This document shows, one piece after another, positions 19,775 to 27,677 of a stretch of 32,000 bases of DNA. The stretch lies in NCBI RefSeq assembly GCF_008065095.1, contig NZ_CP042911.1:3210001-3242000 (forward strand), in the 5' to 3' direction. Below the pieces are notes generated by a model. It did no database searches, was not told where the DNA came from, and saw only the letters and a program-made list of their open reading frames with translations. The DNA is from Gemmata obscuriglobus. Lineage in GTDB: Bacteria > Planctomycetota > Planctomycetia > Gemmatales > Gemmataceae. The translations under genes were made by a program, and so were the position numbers. How positions within the stretch are numbered: the first letter of the stretch is position 1; the number at the start of each line of letters is the position of its first letter.

Positions 19775-21076
19775 ATGAGTGTTCGACGCAAACCCATTCC
19801 CTCCTATCTTCCTCATAAACAATCCGGCCGTGCCCGCGCCGTCTGGACCGACCATTCCGGTCGGCACGACAAACTTCTGCCCGGCGCGTAGGACAGCCCC
19901 GAATCCCGGACCGCGTTCGCACGGCTCCAACTCGAACTCGAAACCTCCCCATACGCCGTTACGCCGCCGGCAAGTGGGCTCCTCGTGAACGAACTGCTGC
20001 TTGCGTACTTGCGGCACGCCCAGCAGCATTACTGCGATCTCGATGGCAATCCGACCGACGAATTGCGGCACATCAAGACCGCGTGCCGGTTCGTGCGCGA
20101 ACTGTACGGTGAGCAGACGGCGGCCGCGTTCGGCCCTCTGGCGCTGAAGTCGGTGCGCCAGAAGTTCGTCGATCTGGGGTGGGGCCGCAAGACGGTGAAC
20201 GCGCGGGTCGAACGGGTGCGCCGTGTGTTCAAGTGGGCCGTGGCCGAGGAACTGGTTTCGCCCCTCGTCCACCAGGCGCTGGCTGCGGTTCCCGGGTTGC
20301 AGCGGGGGCGCACCAAGGCACGTGAAGCCGAACCCGTTGGTCCCGTCGCCAACGACGTGGTGGACGCGACACTGCCGTTCCTGAACCGGCACATCCGCGG
20401 ATTGGTCGAGTTCCAGCGGCTCACTGGGTGTCGTCCGGGAGAGGCGTGCGTGCTCCGCCGGTGCGACATCGACACGAGCGGGGCGGTGTGGCGGTTCAAG
20501 CCCGTACGTCACAAGACCGCGTGGAAAGGCAAGTCGCGAACGATTTCGATCGGTCCCAAGGCGCAGGCGATGATCCGGCCGTTCTTCACGGACGACCCGA
20601 CGGACTATCTGTTTTCTCCGGCCCGGGCGGTGGCAGAGTTCCGGGCCGAGCGGAGCGCCGCGCGGAAAACACCGAAGTACCCGAGCCACATGGCGCGGAA
20701 CGAAACGAAGCGGGTGGCGCGGCGGATTCGGCCGCCAGCGGCCCGGTACTCCCGGATGTCGTATCTGACTGCCGTGACCCGCGGCTGCGACCGGGCGTTC
20801 CCGCCTACGGGCGCGTTGGCCCGGCGGCCGAAGGAGTCGGTTGCGAAGTGGCGGGCACGCCTGAGCGACGAGCAGCGGGACGCGGTGAAGGTGTGGCAGC
20901 GCGAGCACCGCTGGCACCCGAACCAGTTGCGCCACACGTTCGGGACCGAGGTGCGGCGCGTGTACGGGTTGGAGGCGGCCCAGGTGCTCCTCGGGCACTC
21001 GCGGGCCGACGTGACCCAGGTGTACGCCGAACGCAACGAGTCCCTGGCCGCGGAAATTGCCAAGAAGATCGGTTGA
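19775..21076 (+). pseudogene. Tyrosine-type site-specific integrase with an in-frame TAG at 19889-19891. The track ORF 19985..21076 is the part downstream of the stop.
   Basis: C-terminal catalytic region HPNQLRHTFGTEVRR...LLGHSRADVTQVYAERN (H-x-x-R ... Y). The same frame is open from ATG 19775 (MSVRRKPIPSYLPHKQSGRARAVWTD...LLPGA*DSPESRTAFARLQLELE) except for the single TAG. Confidence 0.75.
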
Positions 21077-21097
21077 ACGGCGCCCCGATCGCGCGAC

Positions 21098-21130
21098 CCC
21101 GCCGACGTCCGGCGGGATGTTTTCGTTTCC
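21098..21130 (+). terminator. Intrinsic terminator after the integrase gene
   Basis: Stem CCCGCCG (21098-21104) / CGGCGGG (21110-21116), 5-nt loop, then ATGTTTTCGTTTCC. Confidence 0.6.
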
Positions 21131-21385
21131 GCCCGCTCGCGCGGCGGTTCGCATCACTTCGAAGCAACGGGGGGGGAGCCGAGCGCTCGAAGGCGAACGG
21201 TGGCGGCCCGTGCGAGCGGTCGGTGAACCGCCTACCGGGCTCGACAGACATGGGGCGCACGCCACTCGCGCACGTTACTCATTCCGGATTTTCTCGGATC
21301 AGCCCTTCTGGATGGTGTCCGACTTGCTTTGCACAGCCGGGAACGCCAGCCACTCAGCGAGTGACCACACGTGATCGGTGAGCCC

Positions 21386-21424
21386 GGCGGCCGGTGCCGG
21401 GGTTCGTTACCGGCACCGGCCGCC
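21386..21424. repeat. Perfect 15-bp GC hairpin
   Basis: GGCGGCCGGTGCCGG (21386-21400), loop GGTTCGTTA, CCGGCACCGGCCGCC (21410-21424). It lies inside the IS1-like remnant, between its two in-frame stops. Confidence 0.85.
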
Positions 21425-21469
21425 CTAGCCCTTGGCGCGCAGGGTGCGGACGGGCCAGCAGAAGTTGTA

Positions 21470-22548
21470 ATTGAATAGGACTTACGCAGTTGCGCTGGCG
21501 CAGGATTTGCGCATGGTGTGTTGTTGGTCTATGATCGGGCCATGAACGCACCACGTGCGAGCGCCGAGGACTACATCCAATTCCTGATCGCCACCCCCAA
21601 GGTGGCGTCGGCCGCGGAAGCCGCGCGAGCCCAACCGGACCATCCGACGGCGCCCGCGCATGATGCGTTCACCCGACTGCTGCACCGGCTGGAACCGGAC
21701 CCAGCGGCGTTGTGGGACGAAGCCCGGTCGTCGGTCCGCCCGGGCGGTGCCGTGGTGCTCGACGACTCGGTGCTGGACAAGCCGTTCGCCCGGCACATGG
21801 GGCTGGTGCGCCGGTGCTGGTCCGGGCGGCACCGCCGGGTGGTGAGCGGGATCGGGCTGGTGACCCTGCTGTGGACCGACGGGGCCGCCCTGGTACCGTG
21901 TGATTACCGGCTCGCCGACCCGGCCCGAGCCGAGACCAAGAACGACCACTTCCGAGCCATGCTGGCGGTCGCCAAGGGACGGGACCTGTCGCCCCGGGTG
22001 GTACTGTTCGACACCTGGTACTCGGGCAAGGACAACCTGAAGGCGGTGCGGGCCCTGGGGTGGCACTTCCTGACCCGGGTGCGGAGCAACCGGCGGGTGA
22101 ACCCGGATCGCACGGGCAATCGGGCCATCGAGGGGTGCCCGATCGGGGCCGCCGGTACGGTGGTGCACCTGGAGGGGTTCGGATTGGTGAAGGCGTTCCG
22201 GATCGCCACCGGTGATGGGGGCACGGAGCATTGGATCACCAACGACCTCGACATGGACGAGGCCACTCGTGCGGTTCTGGCCGGGCACGCGTGGGGCATC
22301 GAGGAGTATCACCGGGGCCTCAAGCAGCATTGCCACGTGGACCGGTGCCAGGTGCGCATGAGCCGGGCCCAAGCGGTCCACATCGGGCTCGCGATCCGCG
22401 CGTTCCTGCGGCTCGAGTGGCACCGGCTCAAGTCCGGCGTCAGTTGGTTCGCGGCCAAGACGGCCATCGTGCGCGAAGCGGTGCGAACCTACCTCGCCGC
22501 ACCTACATACCTACTTACCCAAAAGTCAACTACGTAAGTCCTATTGAA
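21470..22548 (+). mobile_element. Apparently intact insertion sequence of about 1.08 kb (IS4/IS701-superfamily DDE transposase)
   Basis: Terminal inverted repeats (A)TTGAATAGGACTTACGCAGTTG (left) versus the reverse complement of the right end, TTCAATAGGACTTACGTAGTTG. GTA flanks both ends directly (21467-21469 and 22549-22551), a candidate 3-bp duplication. It contains one uninterrupted transposase ORF. Confidence 0.8.
21542..22537 (+). CDS. DDE transposase (IS4/IS701-like)
   Basis: 331 aa with VVLDDSVLDKPFA (D), VVLFDTWYSGKDN (D) and HAWGIEEYHRGLKQ (E). The stop lies inside the right inverted repeat. Confidence 0.85.
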   Translation: MNAPRASAEDYIQFLIATPKVASAAEAARAQPDHPTAPAHDAFTRLLHRLEPDPAALWDEARSSVRPGGAVVLDDSVLDKPFARHMGLVRRCWSGRHRRVVSGIGLVTLLWTDGAALVPCDYRLADPARAETKNDHFRAMLAVAKGRDLSPRVVLFDTWYSGKDNLKAVRALGWHFLTRVRSNRRVNPDRTGNRAIEGCPIGAAGTVVHLEGFGLVKAFRIATGDGGTEHWITNDLDMDEATRAVLAGHAWGIEEYHRGLKQHCHVDRCQVRMSRAQAVHIGLAIRAFLRLEWHRLKSGVSWFAAKTAIVREAVRTYLAAPTYLLTQKSTT

Positions 22549-23597
22549 GTAGCGGAACGCGGTGCGTGTCCTAGTCCTTGGAGAACCCATAGCTTTTCCG
22601 CACCTTGTGGCGGCACCGGTTCCGATTGGTTCCGTTGTGCCGCCCCACGAAGCACGTGTTCACAACCGTGCTCACCGCCGAGCGCCGCGGCCACTGCGGC
22701 CCGGGTCCCGAACACCACCCGCGTTGCTCTTCCGCTCCTTGTGTACGGTCGCGCACATGACCGATGCCGGGAGTACCACCCGAGCCTTGTGCGGGCGCCG
22801 CGGCACCGGTCCTCCGGGGCACCGTTCTTCTCCTCGCGGGCCACGAAGCTCCACTCCTCATCGAGCCGGAGTTCGTTGGTCCGGGGGGGGGAAAGGGCCA
22901 CCAACTCGTCGTGGAGTTGCTGGGCCTGGTGCCCGGCCTGACGGATGTACCGGGTGACCGTGTCCCGATGCACCCCGACCAACCGGGCGGTCTTGCGGGT
23001 GCCCGCCCCCTCGGCCACGTGGGCCAGCACCGCGGTCACCGTTTGGGCCGACAGCCGGGTCCCATACAGGGGCGTGCCCTTGCGCTCGGAGAACCGGGCC
23101 TGGCACGTGGAGCACCGCAGCACCCGGGTGCGGTTCGGTCCGTACCGGGCCGGCACCGTCAGGTTACCGTGCCCCCGCTTCCCGTGGTCCGGGCAATCCG
23201 CATTCCGGCAGCAGAACCGACTCAGGTCGTCCATCACCGATCTCGACCCGCGCGAGGGAAAACACCACCGAACGGTGTAAACTCCTTGCCACGTATCAGC
23301 AGCCGCATGCAAGCCGAACAGAACACAGGACACCACCCGCCGCGTGGGGTATTGTCCAAACCACCACACTAATTGCGGATTTTAGCGCTGTAGTGCTAAT
23401 TCCCAACCCGGTGTCTCATGAGCCCGACTTGTTCGGTTTCGACCACTTGCCGTCGAGTGCCCGTGATGTAGAATTTGGTTCAGACATGGCGACCACGCAA
23501 AATGCTGACGGGTGCAAGGCGATTGTGAATTGAAGTGGTAATTTGACACCACTTCGTAACTCGAAAATTAACGGATCTAAATTCCTGAAACAAGAAG

Positions 23598-23625
23598 TTG
23601 TCATTAACGCTCAGAATGCTAAAAT
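23598..23625 (+). promoter_or_regulatory. Candidate promoter for tRNA-Asp
   Basis: TTGTCA (23598-23603), 16-nt spacer, TAAAAT (23620-23625). The -10 element ends 11 nt before the tRNA. It lies in an AT-rich patch. Confidence 0.55.
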
Positions 23626-23636
23626 GTTAAGTAGTT

Positions 23637-23710
<74 letters not shown>

Positions 23711-23732
23711 CTCAACGTAAACGCCGCTAGGG

Positions 23733-23758
23733 TAACGCCTTGCGGCGTTATTATTTTA
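23733..23758 (+). terminator. Intrinsic terminator after tRNA-Asp
   Basis: TAACGCC-TTGC-GGCGTTA followed by TTATTTTA. Confidence 0.65.
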
Positions 23759-23908
23759 TCTGCCGCTTCAGGCGGCCCCACTCAGACGCATAGAATTCTG
23801 TGAACGCCTGTGAAATCTCGTGAAGGCTATGGGCGGTGCCACGGGTGCAAATCCATGTGTCCGCTTATTGTGCCTGCGGCCCTGACGATTACAGTGCTGG
23901 CTGGCCTC

Positions 23909-24525
23909 TCACCGACGGTGTGACTGAGCGTCGGGTAATCGGTGTAACCGTGAGGGCCAAAACCGTAGGACGTACTCCGGTCCGGTTCGTTCAGCTAGCA
24001 CCGAGCGCGAATCTCTTCGACAGGTTCGAGTTCGCAATGAACAGCTTGTCGAACGCCACCGTGTTGGCCTTCCCGGCCGCAATCGCACGGTTCGCGGCCT
24101 CGAACGAGAACCCCTCGTTGGCGATGTAGGCCCACCGAACTTCCGCTTCAGTTCCGGCCCGAACGTGGTGGGGCCGATAGCCTCGCGTGCTACGATGAAC
24201 GCGAGGCCTCGCCCGCCGAGTTGCTCTGCGATGTTACCGAACGTAGCGGCCGGGTTCGAATCGCCTATCGAGTGCACGTCGTCGCGTGGCGCATGTCGAC
24301 CCGCTCCCCACACCGACACCATCACACCCGCAACCTCCAGCAGGAGCCGCGCACCGTTCTCGACGGGGCCGGCGTACTCGTCGGTCCGCCGGTTCGTGCG
24401 GTCTTGGAGGAACTGGTCCAGCAGCTACCCGAGGTACCCGTTCGCACTGGGAATCTTGCCCCCGTCGAAGCCCACTCGCTGCGCGTTCTCCGCACCAACG
24501 CAAGGTGTCGAAAATGGACACGCCG
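23909..24525 (-). pseudogene. Old Yellow Enzyme / NADH:flavin oxidoreductase (alkene reductase) C-terminal half, decayed
   Basis: Minus-strand translation, pieced across frames: VGAENAQRVGFDGGKIPSANGYLG*LLDQFLQDRTNRRTDEYAGPVENGARLLLEV...IGDSNPAATFGNIAEQL...LKRKFGGP / YIANEGFSFEAANRAIAAGKANTVAFDKLFIANSNLSKRF / LNEPDRSTSYGFGPHGYTDYPTL. It has one TAG (24424-24426) and at least two frameshifts. The N-terminal TIM-barrel half is absent. Confidence 0.7.
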
Positions 24526-24535
24526 GCGTGCGGAG

Positions 24536-25285
24536 TCAGTGCCCCAGAAACGGATCAAGCAACTCTTTAAATTGCCGATCGCCCGCGTCGAGGTGGCCAA
24601 GGGAGTCATCGACGTCGTTGGACGTCGGGAGCCCCTCCACGCGCAGCCGACCCAAAGGCTTAATGACACTACCGACGCACTCAAGGGTCTGATTCAGAGT
24701 CTCGATGATCGCTTCGCGGATGCGGATGACAAGCCGCTGAAACAACAAGTGCCGGTAGATGATGTGAAACTCAAGCTGCTCGCTGCGGAACGTCCCCCGA
24801 GCATCTCAGCCAATGTTGCGAGTGGCTTCCGCGACCGCGAGGTGCTTGGCGCGCTGGTGCGACTGAAAGTTGTACCCGTGAGCCCGCGCGTTTCCCGCTG
24901 CCGCTTGAACAGCGAGATCCATCCCGCGCGTGTTGTCGATGCGAGCGAGCCCCGAGATCGCGAGGCCGAGATCGTCTCGCAGCTCGTCGGGAAGAGTAAA
25001 GACCGCGAGACGGTTCGGATCGACGGAGATCTGGGTAGGAAATGTCCCGCTCGAGCTTAACCGCTGTGGCACGTATTGCGTGAGCTTACCGTCCTGAGAA
25101 CGGAGGGACGGCGGGAAGATGGGGAACAGCTCAAAGCCGACGATTTTCTCCTCGTCCGGGTGCGACAAATACACGATTTCGTACGGGGCAAGGCCGTACC
25201 CCACAATCGTGCGCGCGCAGTGAAGTTCCCCACGTTTGGTGGGCAGCGGGAAAGCGGTGTAAACTCTGATCACGAGGAGACACAC
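24536..25285 (-). pseudogene. Orphan ORF of unknown family, one in-frame TGA (24803-24805), probably 5'-truncated by the IS3 fragment
   Basis: Track ORFs 24806..25285 and 24536..24748 share one frame and are separated only by TGA (…ATRNIG*DARGTFRSEQLEFHIIYRHLLFQRLV…). I recognise no family motif. Its third-position GC is lower than in backbone genes. Confidence 0.45.
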
Positions 25286-25730
25286 CGATGGCGAACAAGC
25301 GCAAGACGTACACGTCGGAGTTCAAGCTCGCGGCGGTGAAGATGATCACCGAGCAGAAGCTGTCGGTGGCCGAGGTGGCCCGGCGGGTGGGCATCACCGA
25401 GAACCGGCTCCACGACGGGCAGAAGGCCCTCGCCACCAAGGGCGTCGATGCGTTCCCCGGCTCCGGTCACCTCACGCCCCAGGAGGAGGAGATCCGCACG
25501 CTCCGGGCCGACGTCAAGCGGCTCGACGCGGAGCGCGACATCGCTCAAAAAAGCGACGGCGTTCTTCGCCGCCCAGACGAACGGGCCTTCGCCTGGATCG
25601 AGGAACGCAAGGGTGAGTGTTCCATCGTGCTGATGTGCCGAGTTCTGGGCGTGTCGCGGTCGGGGTTCTACGCGTGGCGGTCGCGTGACGTCAGTGCGGC
25701 GGAACAGCGGCGCGAGGAACGGACCGAAGA
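25267..25730 (+). mobile_element. IS3-family element, 5' fragment (OrfA plus the start of OrfB), truncated at 25730 by the next IS
   Basis: MANKRKTYTSEFKLAAVKMITEQKLSVAEVARRVGI...EEEIRTLRADVKRLDAERDI, then LKKATAFFA in the +1 frame, and RAFAWIEERKGECSIVLMCRVLGVSRSGFYAWRSR (OrfB N-terminus). The left boundary is uncertain (TG at 25267 or further left). Recognisable sequence stops where the GGGGTGTGATCC repeat begins. Confidence 0.75.
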
Positions 25731-26197
25731 GGGGTGTGATCCGGCTGGTGCGCCGTTTACGCGGCCATTTGCTTGGGGATTTCGTGTTGCGGCTCGGGAG
25801 TCGGTAATTCGTTCCGGGTATACGTCGTGAGTATCTGGCGATAGGCCTCATTCCAGATCCCGCTCAGGAGAACCACCCGGAGGTTCAGGATCACCTGGGC
25901 CCCGGTCTTGGTCCACCGCATCCCCGACCGCTTCAGCCGTTGGGTGAAGATCGTTTTGCACGCCGCTTCGGAGATCCCGCTCCCCAGCGGCACGTGAGCC
26001 CTCTTGTAGTCGTGGTACTGCATCCACTGGGTCCGCTCGCGGATGTGCCGGTACGCCGTCTGGTACTCCTTTTTCGCCCCTGGGCTCAACACCCGGCGGG
26101 CCCGCACCGCGGCCGCCGCGTGCAGCACCCGGAACGGGCCGTTGGGCTTCTTCAACAGCCCACCCATGCGTCGCGCCCAACCCCGCGCCTGAGCCGT

Positions 26198-27677
26198 CCT
26201 GTACTTTCCGCGAATTTGTAGGCCGGGCGGTGATGGTGGTACGTTCGGAGTAGACGAATGCCGGCCCGTCCGGGAGGATGGCGTTACCACACGACCTCCC
26301 AACCCGAACGGACGCGGCGATGCCATCTTCGCACACTCCGGCCCCGCGGTGCCAGTGGTTTTCGATTCTGGCCGGTGCCTTGGATCGGCGCTCGGGCCGG
26401 CGGTTGGCGCTGTTGTTCCTGGGGGTGCTGTTGGCCCGCGGGCGACAGGCCCTGAGTTGCTGGATCCGAGCCGCCGGGTTGTCGTCCCAGTACCGCCGCT
26501 GCTACCCCACCGCGGCCGCCGTCGGGCGCCGGGCCGAGGCCATCGCCACCCGGTTGTTGGTCGAGGTGCTCCGGCCGTTGGTGACCGGGCCGCGGGTCGT
26601 GCTCGCGTTGGATGACACCCCGACGGCGCGGTACGGTTCCCAGGTGCAAGGGGCCGGGGTGCACCACAACCCGACCCCCGGGCCGGCCGGGAGCGGGTTC
26701 GTGTACGGGCACGTGTGGGTGGTCCTCGGGTTGCTGGTGGCGCACCCGCTGGGCGGGGTCGTGGCGTTACCCCTGTTGGCCCGGCGGTACATCCGGAAGG
26801 CGAACCTGGGGGCGGTTCGGGCGGCGGACCGGCCCCCGTTCGCAACCAAGCTGACCATGGCCGTGGGCTTGGTGCGGTGGGCGCACGGGTGGCTGGCGTT
26901 GTGGGGGAAGGCGGTGTGGGTGGTGGCCGACGGGGCGTACGCCCAGGGGCCGGTGCTCAAGCCGCTGCGGAAGCTCGGGGTGACGGTGGTGAGCCGACTG
27001 CGCCGGGATGCGGCCCTGTGCTCGGTGCCACCGGCGCGAGTACCCGGGCGGCCCGGCGGCCGCGGGTGTACGGGACCGAGCGGGTGTCGCTGGCCAAGCG
27101 GGCCGCCCACCCCGGCGGGTGGAGCACCGGCATGTTCACCGTGTACGGGAAGTCGGTCGAGAAGCGGTACAAGACGTTCGTGGCCACGTGGCGCCCGGCC
27201 GGTGGGGCGATCCGGGTGGTGTTGGTGGACGAGCCCCACGGATGGGTCGCGTTCTTCGGCACCGACACCACCGCGACCGTGGCCGACATCCTGGAGCGGG
27301 TGGCCGACCGGTTCACCCTGGAGACCTGTTTTCGGGATCTCAAACAAGTCGCCGGGGCGGGTCAGCAGCAGGTGCGCGGGGTGCCGTCGAACGTGGGGTG
27401 CTTCCACCTGTGCGCGTGGGCCCACACCCTGACCGAGGTGTGGGCCTGGAACCAGAACGCCGAGGCCCTGGTGGGGCACCGATCCGCATCCCCGTGGGAC
27501 GACCCGAACCGGCGCCCGAGCCACGCGGACAAGCGCCGGGCCTGGCAACACGAGCTGTTGGCCCAGGAGATTCAGGCCGTTGTGGGCGAGCACCACGACC
27601 ACGCGAAAATCCGCGACCTCGCCCACCGGTGCTTGGATCTGGCCGCGTGAGCGCGGCCGATTCGCGGAAACTACAGG
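26198..27677 (+). mobile_element. 1480-bp insertion sequence (IS4/IS701-like) nested in the ISKra4-like transposase gene
   Basis: Inverted repeats CCTGTACTTTCCGCGAAT (26198-) / ATTCGCGGAAACTACAGG (-27677), with 17 of 18 positions complementary. It is flanked by a direct CCGT duplication (26194-26197 and 27678-27681). Confidence 0.85.
26278..27650 (+). pseudogene. DDE transposase (IS4/IS701-like) with an apparent 1-nt frameshift near 27050-27062
   Basis: Frame 1 carries ...VVLALDDTPTARYG...AVWVVADGAYA...SRLRRDAALCSVPPARVPGRPG. Frame 0 continues RPRVYGTERVSLAKRA...FTLETCFRDLKQVAGAGQQQVR... to the stop at 27650. The switch lies in the run CCCGGGCGGCCCGGCGGCCGCGGG. Confidence 0.75.

Larger units (their letters stand above)
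21299..23234 (-). pseudogene. IS1-family-like transposase remnant, decayed and split by the IS at 21470-22548
   Basis: N-terminal Zn-finger/HTH part (MDDLSRFCCRNADCPDHG...RCSTCQARFSERKGTPLYG...LRLDEEWSFVA) at 23234-22840. Other minus frames carry VGRHNGTNRNRCRHKVRKSYGFSKD*, then, across the IS, RTAFRYNFCWPVRTLRAKG*GGRCR*RTPAPAAGLTDHVWSLAEWL. There are several stops and frameshifts, and the core is too short. Confidence 0.65.

Noticed and set aside
19889-19891. In-frame TAG (integrase) and TGA (24803-24805, orphan ORF) as pyrrolysine or selenocysteine recoding
   Set aside because: I see no SECIS-like hairpin immediately downstream of the TGA and no Pyl context. Neighbouring genes in the same region carry multiple stops and frameshifts, so plain pseudogenisation is the simpler explanation.
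22530-23369. Track ORF of 279 aa taken at face value as an intact transposase
   Set aside because: Only residues 46 to about 180 look like an IS1-family N-terminus. The remainder is Arg/Gly-rich read-through. The conserved C-terminal blocks lie in other frames and beyond the inserted IS.
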